A DNA stretch of 62,036 nucleotides, filler included. It is 5 parts of 5 records of this genome, joined end to end, with 100 filler letters (N's around TTAATTAATTAA, not from the genome) between each part and the next. Parts side by side here need not be neighbours in the genome. Positions count along the whole stretch, not along the records: positions 1 to 20,769 come from SRR31147125_26229; 4 more parts are not named here. One strand, given 5' to 3'. The position numbers and the translations under genes are program-made. Shown here piece after piece: positions 9,610 to 19,270 of the stretch. A model generated the notes under the pieces. That model had not been told where the DNA came from. It searched no databases and worked only from the letters and a program-made list of their open reading frames with translations. How positions within the stretch are numbered: position 1 is the first letter of the stretch; every line of letters starts with the position of its first letter.

Positions 9610-11991
9610 GTGTTTATGGACAAAGAATCAAGTATTTCGGTTAAAACTATTATTAATTTTGTTTATAAACATGGCGACATTATGTCGGTATCATTGAGTG
9701 CGAATCGTGCTATCGATGGTACAAAAGCTCATCAAAAGATTCAAAAGAGATTTGCAAAAGAATATAAAAATTATGAAGCAGAAGTTGCGCTCAGCCATTC
9801 AATCAATATCGAAAATATGGCATTTAAAATTGGTGGACGAATGGATGGTGTGATTCTGGATGATGAAATTCCTATTATAGACGAAATCAAATCCTTACAA
9901 GATATAGAAAATGCTCACGAGGATTTAAGTATACTGCATTGGGCGCAAGGCAAAATGTATGCGTTTATGTACGCGAAGCAAAATGATATTTGCGAGATGA
10001 TTGTCAGGCTCACCTATGTTGAGCTTGGTAGTTATAATATTAAACAGTTTCAAAAGACATTTTCCATTCAGGAACTTGAACAATTCTTCTTTGATACGAT
10101 GAATGAATACTATAAATTTGCTAAAAAGATAGCCGATTACAATCGTGAAAAAGAAGAAAGTGTTAGTCGTATCCGCTTCCCATTTAAAGATTATCGGGCA
10201 GATCAAAGAAAACTGATGGCAAGCGTTTATCAGCTTTCTTTGCAAGGCGAGAACCTTTTTGCAAGAGCACCTACTGGAATCGGAAAAACTATGGCAACTT
10301 TGTTTCCTGCAATAAAAACCCTAGTAAAACAACCTTCAAAAATATTTTATCTAACCGCTAAAACTATTGGACGCGATGTTGCACAAAAAGCGCTTGATAT
10401 CCTAGAGGAAAATGGACTTGTATTAAAACGCGTAATTATCACAGCAAAGGACAAAATTTGCTTAAACGATGAGAAAAACTGTGATGGAGAGTTTTGCACC
10501 TATGCAAAAGGGCACTTTGACCGAATCAATGAAGCGCTAACTGCCTTGATAGAAAATGCAAACTGTTATAATCGAGAGATAATTATAAAGTACGCTAGAC
10601 GCTATCATGTTTGTCCATACGAGCTGACTTTGGACTTGAGTTTATATTGTGATTGTATTATTTGTGATTATAATTATGCGTTTGATCCCACTACTGCATT
10701 GAAAAGATTCTTTGCCGAAGGAAACGAACGTATAAACAAGGAAAACTATATTTTTCTAATAGATGAAGCGCATAATCTCGTTGAACGTGCAAGGAGTATG
10801 TATTCTGCTGAGCTTTCAAAAAGAAATATCCTTGATATGAAAAAGAAAATTAAAGGTGTGGATATGCCCCTGCATCGTTATATCAATAAAATGAATAAGT
10901 TTTTAATCGAAAAAAGATATGCGTGTGAGGCTGAGGGGTATATAGTAGATGCGTTATATTCGGATGAGTTTATGGATTATGTTAAAGGTGTTGTGTATCG
11001 AACAGAGAAGATATTTCCTTTACAAAAAAACTGGGAGCATATTGATGAACTGTTGGATTTTTATTTCTTATGTTACGATTTTTTAAAGAAAGCAGAGCTT
11101 TATGATGATTGTTATGTCACATACTATGAAAAGTTCCAAGATGAAGTGAAGATCAAAATGTTCTGTTTAGATCCATCACATAACCTTGGTAATTATATGG
11201 ATAATGCTAGAACATCCATTTTGTTTTCTGCGACTTTAATTCCGATGGACTATTTTGTAGATATGCTGGGTGGGGACGATAAAAGCAATACGATTATGTT
11301 AAATTCACCTTTTGACAAAGAAAAACTCTGTTTATTAGTTCATAAAAACGTATCAACGAAATATAAAGACAGGGAAAACACTTATGATGAGGTTGCCGAG
11401 ACGATATTTCGGACGATAAAAAGTAAAAAAGGCAACTATATCGTGTATTTTCCATCCTATAAATATATGGATGATGTATTTGATATATTTATAGAGCAAA
11501 AGTGCGATGATACAATAACACCAATAAAGCAAGAGCGTGGTTTAAGTGAATCGGAGAAAGAAGACTTTATACAGACATTTTATAAGGAACAGGATTGTAC
11601 TTTGGTCGCCTTTGCAGTTCTTGGAGGCATGTTTGGAGAAGGGATTGACTTGGTTGGAGAAAAGCTTAGCGGTGCGATTATTGTAGGTGTGGGTCTTCCA
11701 TCAATCTGCTTGGAAAGGAATCTGATAAAAAACTATTTTGATCAGAATAACTGCGAAGGGTTTAAGTATTCATACATGTATCCTGGTATGAATAAGGTTA
11801 TGCAGGCAGCTGGAAGAGTGATTCGCAGTGAAAACGATATAGGAATCGTGGTACTTATCGACGAAAGATTTTCTTATAGGTATTATAAGGATATTTTTCC
11901 ACCTGAATGGCGGAACGCTAAGTATTTAAATAGTTTTACAGCAGTAAAAGACACAGCTGAAAAATTCTGGCATAACACAGAATACATTTGA
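9610..11991 (+). CDS. Rad3/XPD-DinG family Fe-S helicase with N-terminal PD-(D/E)XK nuclease domain
   Basis: APTGIGKT, DEAH, SAT, EGID, QAAGRVIR; Cys cluster; N-terminal GTKAHQ..E..GRMDG..DEIKS..QGKMY. Confidence 0.88.
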   Translation: MFMDKESSISVKTIINFVYKHGDIMSVSLSANRAIDGTKAHQKIQKRFAKEYKNYEAEVALSHSINIENMAFKIGGRMDGVILDDEIPIIDEIKSLQDIENAHEDLSILHWAQGKMYAFMYAKQNDICEMIVRLTYVELGSYNIKQFQKTFSIQELEQFFFDTMNEYYKFAKKIADYNREKEESVSRIRFPFKDYRADQRKLMASVYQLSLQGENLFARAPTGIGKTMATLFPAIKTLVKQPSKIFYLTAKTIGRDVAQKALDILEENGLVLKRVIITAKDKICLNDEKNCDGEFCTYAKGHFDRINEALTALIENANCYNREIIIKYARRYHVCPYELTLDLSLYCDCIICDYNYAFDPTTALKRFFAEGNERINKENYIFLIDEAHNLVERARSMYSAELSKRNILDMKKKIKGVDMPLHRYINKMNKFLIEKRYACEAEGYIVDALYSDEFMDYVKGVVYRTEKIFPLQKNWEHIDELLDFYFLCYDFLKKAELYDDCYVTYYEKFQDEVKIKMFCLDPSHNLGNYMDNARTSILFSATLIPMDYFVDMLGGDDKSNTIMLNSPFDKEKLCLLVHKNVSTKYKDRENTYDEVAETIFRTIKSKKGNYIVYFPSYKYMDDVFDIFIEQKCDDTITPIKQERGLSESEKEDFIQTFYKEQDCTLVAFAVLGGMFGEGIDLVGEKLSGAIIVGVGLPSICLERNLIKNYFDQNNCEGFKYSYMYPGMNKVMQAAGRVIRSENDIGIVVLIDERFSYRYYKDIFPPEWRNAKYLNSFTAVKDTAEKFWHNTEYI

Positions 11992-12242
11992 CCTTTTGGA
12001 ATCGCGCGCAGTATATACAATGCTTTCAAACTCGGAGTTTTAGGTGATGCTAAATCAAATGGCGTCGGATAGAAAAGAATGAGCAAAGCTGCTCAATAGA
12101 TCTGATACTCAACTATTCTGTATAGCCAACGCAGAATCAGACAAGTGCTTGCTAAAAGTCGGCGGTTCGCTTGTTCCTTTTGGAAATAACTTTCCTAAGG
12201 ATACGGATTTTTGAGTTGATGACTACTAAGTTTGGGGAATGA
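11969..12242 (+). pseudogene. VirB4-like conjugal transfer ATPase C-terminal remnant (Firmicutes ICE type)
   Basis: Reads GITQNTFDLLESRAVYTMLSNSEF*VMLNQMASDRKE*AKLLNRSDTQLFCIANAESDKCLLKVGGSLVPFGNNFPKDTD then frameshift ELMTTKFGE*. Confidence 0.8.
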
Positions 12243-12290
12243 ATATGTTTGGTGTTTTATGGTGAGAGTTATTTGCCTATGGGAGATTAT

Positions 12291-13536
12291 ATGAATATTA
12301 AAGAGATAAATCAATTTAGCACTGCACAAAAAGAGAAATTTATTTGTAGATATGGAATTAGTTTGATGACAAAATGTCCATGTAATGAGAATAATTACTG
12401 TTTTAGAAATTGCTGCTATAAAAAAGGCAATTATATGGAGCAAGGTATTAGCAAAGATGAATATTTAAATGAGATGTCTGAAATTCAGAGAAAAGGTGAA
12501 TGCCACTGGGATAAAGAATGTATGTTTAGTTCATGTGAATTTGATTCTATTCTTTCTCATACAGTACAAAAAAGTAGCATTTTAGGAGAAGTTGAACCAA
12601 GTTCCAGTATAAAACTAAATAGAGTGCTTTATCAATATGTAGGAGATGGAGAAACAAAAACTTTAAAAGCGAAAATTCAACCAGTTGCAAAAAAGTATGC
12701 TACTACTTTTTCGGGATTTTGTGGAAATGCTGGGAACAATCATGATAACGATATTTTTAAGATAATTGAAGAAGAAAAAATAGCATTTACTATTGAGCAA
12801 AAATATGCTTTTGCATATAGGAATTTTGCTTATAGTACAAAAAAGTTATATAGTTTGAACCAATTTGACATGGAGTTTTCTTTTAAATTAAATGCAGAAC
12901 TTTATTCAAACATTCCAATAAAAGAAAAAAATAATCATTCATTAAGACCAGAGAACTATACATTGAATCATCAAGTTAAATATATATACGATTATCATAA
13001 TCTCAAAAACCAATATGATAGTTGTAAAGATTTGCTTGAACAAATTGAAGATAATTATAATGATGCTACTAAAAAATGGATTATTAAAAATGATATGCTT
13101 ATATTTAGTGATATTATTAATATTTCCGTTTCACAAGCAGAATTTGTTTTCTTTACAACCGAGTATATAAACGAGTATGATATCGAGAAATCAATGGATG
13201 AGCAATTTGATAAAAACAAATATAATTTTATAACTTTAATTTGCATTCCTGCAAATGGTAAAGGTATGAATATTTTCTTAGCGACACACGAAAATGCATC
13301 AAAAAGTGTACTTGACCTTGTGAAAAATTTTCATAAAAAGGAAGAAGACGAACTGAAAAAAAATATCAAAATGGATTATGTATGGTAATGAGGAGTTTTA
13401 TTTTTCTAAAAACTACTGGGAAGATATTCTTTCTGCAGAAGAAAAAGAGCAATTCCTAGACTGGGTTAAAATAAAATCGGAATACGGAGAAGATAAAAAT
13501 ATTGAAGAATGCCCTGATTTAGATTTTTTTAAGTAG
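12291..13536 (+). CDS. Hypothetical protein with SEC-C-like Cys motif; frameshift at A8 13356-13363
   Basis: CPCNENNYCFRNCC, C..C..SHTVQ, FSGFC..HDNDIF..IE; very AT-rich; frame continues to tag at 13534-13536. Confidence 0.65.
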
Positions 13537-13716
13537 CAAAGAATATCCATAAATTTGGAAGATATATTGTTTTGCATTGCAAAATAAATCTAATTAAGTA
13601 GAGATTAAACTATTAATCATAATATAGACTTTTTAAATTGTGAGGATTTCATTTTATATATCTTTTTATGTGCAAAGAAGGAAGCTGTGATAAAATCCAA
13701 CCACCAAAACAGAAAT

Positions 13717-13768
13717 AACCAATGAAAAAAACAAAGCTCAAGGAGAAGTTTATTGTTAGAGTTAGGAA
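13717..13768 (+). repeat. Imperfect direct repeat, copy 1 (pairs with 14517-14567)
   Basis: aaccaatgaaaaa..caaagct..tagagtt; 41 of 52 positions match by hand alignment. Confidence 0.7.
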
Positions 13769-13878
13769 TTTAAATAAAGTAAATAGCGGGATGTTGTGAA
13801 GGTAGGAAGAAATGTCAGCTGTTCAAGCTAATTGGAAAATATGCTGTAATATTTATAAAATCTTTGGAGGAAATAATC

Positions 13879-14475
13879 TTGAATCACGATAGAATCAAAA
13901 GACAATTAGAATTTATCAGAGAGATAGACAAACTAAAACACATATTAAGAAGAACAATTCTGATGGATTCAAGCAGACGAGAAAATGATAGTGAGCATAC
14001 GTGGCATATGGCAATATGCGCCCTGTTGTTTATGGAATATTCAAACGTAAGCGAGTTAGAAATGTTAAGAGTATTAAAGATGATACTATTGCATGATATT
14101 GTAGAAATTGATGCTGGGGATACATTTGCATATGATGAAGCTGGTCATTTAGATAAAGAGCAAAGAGAAAAGCGTGCAGCTGATAGAATCTTTGGTCTTT
14201 TGCCAAAAGACCAAGCTGAGGAGTTCAGAACGCTTTGGGATGAGTTTGAGAGATTTGAAAGTCCTGAGTCAAAATATGCTCACTCGATAGATTCCTTTAT
14301 GCCTATGTATCATAATTATATCACTAAAGGTGAAGTGTGGAAAAAGCATAGTGTAACATTGGATCAAGTTTTAAAAAGAAACAAGAAGATGATTGAGCCG
14401 GGTTCAAAAGAACTTTGGGTGTTCGTCCAAAGCCTATTAAAAGAAGCTGTAGAAAAAGGATATTTAATGGTCTAA
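13879..14475 (+). CDS. HD domain phosphohydrolase (HD_3/HDDC2-like)
   Basis: IDKLKHILRRT, RENDSEHTWH, LLHDIVEIDAGD, LWDEFE; TTG start after ggagg. Confidence 0.88.
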   Translation: MNHDRIKRQLEFIREIDKLKHILRRTILMDSSRRENDSEHTWHMAICALLFMEYSNVSELEMLRVLKMILLHDIVEIDAGDTFAYDEAGHLDKEQREKRAADRIFGLLPKDQAEEFRTLWDEFERFESPESKYAHSIDSFMPMYHNYITKGEVWKKHSVTLDQVLKRNKKMIEPGSKELWVFVQSLLKEAVEKGYLMV

Positions 14476-14516
14476 TATATTATTGAAATTAGTTCTATAA
14501 TTTAGTGTAGAAAAAC

Positions 14517-14567
14517 AACCAATGAAAAACCAAAGCTTAAAGAACACTTTACCGGTAGAGTTAAGAA
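14517..14567 (+). repeat. Imperfect direct repeat, copy 2
   Basis: Starts 800 nt after copy 1; the two copies bracket the HD gene. Confidence 0.7.
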
Positions 14568-14660
14568 AGATGTGACAAAGTAGATTCTATAAAAAATATA
14601 AATATGCCTATCTGTAATTATGTTATAATCATATATACAAAAAAATTATGGAGGTGTAGT

Positions 14661-15059
14661 ATGAAAAAGTTTTATGTGCTATCGCTTATATATCTAGTTA
14701 TTGGATTGGCTCTAGGTGTATTTTTTAAAGAATTTACAAAAATGAATGACTTTGTAGGTATTACTATGCTGTCGGGGGTACATTCACATGCTTTAACACT
14801 GGGTTCGTTTTTATTTATCGGCGTCTTAGTATTAGATAAGCTGTTTAATATATCAAATGTTCGAAGTTTTAAACTATGGATATGGATATATAATATCTCA
14901 CTGGTAGGTGTTTTGGCTACAATGACTGCTAGGGGTATATATGATGTCACTGGTGTTGCTAATGAAATGATTACACATTTTGCTGGGCTGTTTCATATGA
15001 CATTAGGAATAAGTCTGGTTTGGTTTGTGATAATGATTGGCAAGAGTATAAAGAAATAA
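14661..15059 (+). CDS. DUF2871-like membrane protein
   Basis: GLALGVFFKEFTK..LSGVHSHALTLG..AGLFH; RBS ggagg. Confidence 0.75.
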   Translation: MKKFYVLSLIYLVIGLALGVFFKEFTKMNDFVGITMLSGVHSHALTLGSFLFIGVLVLDKLFNISNVRSFKLWIWIYNISLVGVLATMTARGIYDVTGVANEMITHFAGLFHMTLGISLVWFVIMIGKSIKK

Positions 15060-15075
15060 AGAGATTAGAAAAGCT

Positions 15076-15106
15076 AAGAGGGTTATCTGTTGATAGCTCT
15101 CTTTTT
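15076..15106 (+). terminator. Rho-independent terminator
   Basis: aagagggttatc..gatagctctctt plus T tract. Confidence 0.65.
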
Positions 15107-15157
15107 ATAGATTAAAAGGAGTGATATATTAAATCACCAAAAAATATGATAGTAACC

Positions 15158-15196
15158 AAAAACAGCCATTGCTATAAAGCGAGCGGCTGTTTTTTT
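15158..15196. terminator. Second terminator-like hairpin with no preceding gene
   Basis: aaaaacagcc..ggctgttttttt. Confidence 0.5.
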
Positions 15197-15433
15197 ATAT
15201 AATGCGGTTAAATTTGCTATCTGTTTATCCTTGTTATTACGTACGTCAGTTTTTAAATTTTTGTAGTATTGGGAAGTTATAAAGAAATGAACAAAAGTAT
15301 TGACATATCAAATTAATTAATATAATATGTTAATATATTAATTGAGTTAACAAATAAAAATAATATGATAATTAATAAGGAGAAATAATTTATCCAATCA
15401 TGATATAATGAGTAAAAAACATTGGAGAGTCTT

Positions 15434-16638
15434 ATGGAACGTATTTTAAACAAAGGTGTTAATGCAAACAGCTTGAAAGAACTCAACAGAAGAACCTTAC
15501 TTAGACTTTTGAAGAAGAATGATATTTGCTCAAGAGCTGATTTAGCAAAGAAATGTGGGTTAAAGCCTGCGACAGTTACCAAGATCATAAATAATTTTAT
15601 TGAGATTGGCTTGGTAAAAGAAACGGGAATAATGGACGGCGAAAAAGGAAGAAGGTCAATTGGTGTAAGGTTGAACACTGAGGATTTTGCCGTAATTGGT
15701 GTTAGGTTGACTCGTACCTATGTCGAGATTGGAAGATTTGACTTGCGAGGAGAGCTAATAAAAAAGAAAAGAATCGATTTTGATTTTGAAAAGAAACCAA
15801 GGTTGGTATTAGAACAAATTGTTGGCGAAACAAAAAGATTGATTGAGCAGGATAAAAAACGAGATGTATTGGCTGTGGGCGTAGCTGTACCAGGTCCGTA
15901 TTTTCCTGATGAAGGGAAAATGCACAAAATGACAGAGTTTCCTGGTTGGGATGATATTTGTTTCAATAAGGAAGTCGTTTCGGCGTTTAATATCCCCGTC
16001 ATAATCGATCATGATGCTAACGCAGGAGCATTAGCTGAATGGTGGCTTTCGGAGGACTCTTTTGAGAAATCAACAATTTATCTTGCTGTTGGTGAGGGTG
16101 TAGGTGCTGGTGTTGTTGTAAATGGAGATTTATTTAAGGGTGCTTATGGTACTGCAGGCGAGATTGGCCATATGAGTATTGATTATAATGGAATGCAATG
16201 CGAATGCGGTAATAAAGGGTGTCTTACACTATATGGTTCTGTTTTTTATTTGATGAGAAACATAAAAAAAGAATCGCGAATGGCGAGAAAACCGTTTTAA
16301 CAGAAAATTTCTCTATGGAAGAAGTTGTTATGGCTGCAAAGCATAGAGATAAGATTACTTGCGAAGAAATTAGTAAAGTAGGATTTTATTTGGGTATAGG
16401 TATAGTCAATATGATTTGTGCGTATAGTCCGGATGAAGTTATAATTGGTGATCAAATGGCAAGATTAGGGGATGAAATTATTAATTCCATTAAAAAAACA
16501 GTTAAAAGCAGAACTTTAGAAGAGTTTTATGAGTTGAGTGCTATACGTTTAAGTGAAATGAAAGAAGATTCAGCTTTTATTGGAGCTGGCTCGTTGGCAA
16601 TAGATTATGTGTTGGGGAATTCAGAAATTGTAGAATAA
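15434..16638 (+). CDS. ROK family transcriptional regulator (XylR/NagC-like); frameshift at A7 16264-16270
   Basis: HTH SRADLAKKCGLKPATVT, GVAVPG, DHDANAGALAE, GTAGEIGH, CECGNKGC. Confidence 0.88.
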
Positions 16639-16650
16639 GAGGTAAGTGTT

Positions 16651-18161
16651 TTGGCATTGATTATGGGTATAGATATTGGGACATCTTCTTCAAAAGTAGC
16701 GGTTTTTAGTTATGATGGAAAAATGCTAGCCGTTGCTTCGGAACAATATGTATTTGATGTTCCGTATATTGGATTTGCAGAACAAGATCCAATCGTTTGG
16801 TGGGAAGCTGTTTTGAAATCGATATCAGAAGTATCGAAGAAAGTTGATATAAAACAAGTAAAAGCGATTGGCCTTTCTGGTCAAATGCATGGGCTTGTAG
16901 CAATTGACGCTAATGGAAAAGCGGTTAGAAAAGCGATTTTGCATTGTGACCAAAGATCAATCAATCAGGTTGACTATATAGCAGAATTAGTTGGTGAAGA
17001 GGCATTTTCAAAAATTACATATAATCCAATATTTTCGGGATTTCAGTTGGTTTCTTTAGTTTGGCTAAAACAGAATGAACCGAAGAATTATGAAAAAACT
17101 AAATATGTAATAAGCCCAAAAGATTATATTCGTTTCAAGCTTTGTGGCGAAATTGGAGTTGAAGTGACGGATGCATCTGCAACGCTTGCATATGATATTA
17201 GCAATGAAGATTGGTCAAAAGATCTAGTTCAACGACTATCTATAAATCAGTCACTATATTCAAAAAAAATCAATAAACCATATGATGTTGCTGGAGCTAT
17301 AACAGAAGAGATTGAGAAGTTAACTGGTATTTCTAAAGGAACAAAGGTTGTATTTGGCGGAGCAGATCAACCTATGCAACTCTTAGGGACTGGAGTAATT
17401 GATACTAATATGTCGACAGTAACAATAGGGACAAGCGGTCAAGTAGTTGCACTAACGGATAAACCTTTATATAACGACCAAATGAATACACACACATTTC
17501 GTACAGCCATTGATAAACAGTGGTTTTGTATGGGTGCTGTACTAAATGGAGGGTCAACACTTAATTGGTTCAAGAGAACTTTTTTGAACAATATGGACTT
17601 TGAAAACGTAACAGATATGTCCAGAGAAATTGAGCCTGGAAGTGAAGGTGTTGTTTTTTTCCGTGTATGGCTGGAGAAAGAACACCATATTTAGATTCGA
17701 AGACAAGAGGCATGTTTTTTGGTATGTCATATAATCATACAACTGCTCATTTTACAAGAGCGGTGATGGAGGGTGTTACATTTGCGGCAAAGACAAGTAT
17801 AGATGTATTAAATGGTATTGGATGTGACATGTCAAAAATAATTATTTCTGGTGGAGCTGCACAGAGTGATGTGTGGATGCAGATACAAGCAGATATATAC
17901 GGGAAAGAATTGTATCTGACAAAGACAAAAGAACAAACCGTAACTGGTGCAGCAATAGTTGCTGGTGTAGGGTGCGGCATTTATAAGAATATTGAAGAAG
18001 GCGTAAAACAGTTGGTGCAGATTGATGAACAAGTGGTGGAGCCGAATATGAATAATCATGCAAAATATATGGAGATTTATAATGATGTTTATAAAAGGCT
18101 GTATGAAAGCAACAAACACGCTTTTGAAGCGCTGTATAGAATAAATGATATTAAATGCTAA
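16651..18161 (+). CDS. xylB: Xylulokinase-like FGGY carbohydrate kinase; frameshift at T7 17654-17660
   Basis: GIDIGTSSSK, EQDP..WW, GLSGQMHG, GGADQ, GERTP, RAVMEGV, GGAAQS. Confidence 0.8.
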
Positions 18162-18191
18162 ATGCATTAAATAATAAAAAAGGAGAAAATT

Positions 18192-19190
18192 ATGAAAAAA
18201 ATTTGGAGCGTACTATTAGTATTAGTATTGGTTATGAGTCTAGTAGCTGGGTGTAGCCAACCGAGCGAACCTGTAGCTGATGAAAAAACAGAAGCAGAAG
18301 AAACCAAGGTTGAAGAACCTGTAGCTGAAGAGACTACAGGATCTATGAAAGTTGGGGTTTCTGTTATGTTTTCACATCCATTCTTTGATACGATCACGGT
18401 TGGTATTAAAGATGTTATGGAGCCACTTGGATATACAGTTATAGATAAGAGTGGTGAATTTGATGTTCAAGCTCAAATAGCTGATGTGGAAGATTTTATT
18501 GCTCAAGAATGTGATGCAATATTTATTGAGCCTTTTGATTCTGCTGGAATTAAGCCAGCCTTAGAGGCTGCTAAAAAAGCTGGTATTCCTATAATATGTT
18601 TGGATGCACCTGCTAATGATGTAGACCTTATTGTAGCAAATTGTGCGACTGACAACTATGATGCTGGTGTTCAAAACGCAAAGCAATTGATTGCTGATTT
18701 GGAAGGGGAAGGTAAAATTATTGTACTAGATTCTCCTCAAGCAAATTCGTCTTTACTAAGGGCAGACGGATTTATTGATACATTAAAAGCTGATGCACCT
18801 GGAATAGAAATCGTAGCTCAACAAGACTACGCAGGAGCTCAGGATAAAGCATTGCAAATTATGGGGAACGTTATTCAAGGACAACCTGAAGTGGATGCAG
18901 TTTACGCGTGTAATGAAAATGGTATTTTAGGTACAATTCCTGCGATTGAAGCTGCGGGAAGAGCAGATGAAGGAATTCTTTACTATACTGTAGATGGATC
19001 GTCGGACTTTGTTCAAATGGTAAAAGACGGTGAAGTGGCTGGCGTTGCAGCACAGCAACCATACCAAATTGGTGTTCTTGGAGCTGAAGCTATGGTCAAG
19101 ACACTTAATGGTGAGACTGTAGAAAAAGAAATCAAGGTTCCTGTTGTTTATGTAACAAAGGATACTGTAGGAGACTTTACAGGATTTTAA
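18192..19190 (+). CDS. Monosaccharide ABC substrate-binding lipoprotein (RbsB-like)
   Basis: Lipobox LVAGC; HPFF, AKKAGIPII, TDNYDAG, QQPYQIG. Confidence 0.88.
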   Translation: MKKIWSVLLVLVLVMSLVAGCSQPSEPVADEKTEAEETKVEEPVAEETTGSMKVGVSVMFSHPFFDTITVGIKDVMEPLGYTVIDKSGEFDVQAQIADVEDFIAQECDAIFIEPFDSAGIKPALEAAKKAGIPIICLDAPANDVDLIVANCATDNYDAGVQNAKQLIADLEGEGKIIVLDSPQANSSLLRADGFIDTLKADAPGIEIVAQQDYAGAQDKALQIMGNVIQGQPEVDAVYACNENGILGTIPAIEAAGRADEGILYYTVDGSSDFVQMVKDGEVAGVAAQQPYQIGVLGAEAMVKTLNGETVEKEIKVPVVYVTKDTVGDFTGF

Positions 19191-19205
19191 TTAAGAGATG
19201 TTTTA

Positions 19206-19237
19206 ATAGCAAATGGACTATCATGTCCATTTGCTAT
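19206..19237 (+). other. Intercistronic 13-bp perfect hairpin (likely transcript stabiliser or attenuator)
   Basis: atagcaaatggac-tatcat-gtccatttgctat, no T tract, between SBP and ATPase genes. Confidence 0.55.
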
Positions 19238-19270
19238 ATATAAATTGAAATTAAAGAATGGATAAAGATT

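Noticed and set aside
9610..11991. Type IV CRISPR CasDinG or Cas4 locus
   Set aside because: No repeat-spacer array or other cas genes seen in the window
18267..18330. gaacctgtagctga repeated twice in the SBP gene
   Set aside because: Encodes the low-complexity lipoprotein linker (EPVA); ordinary
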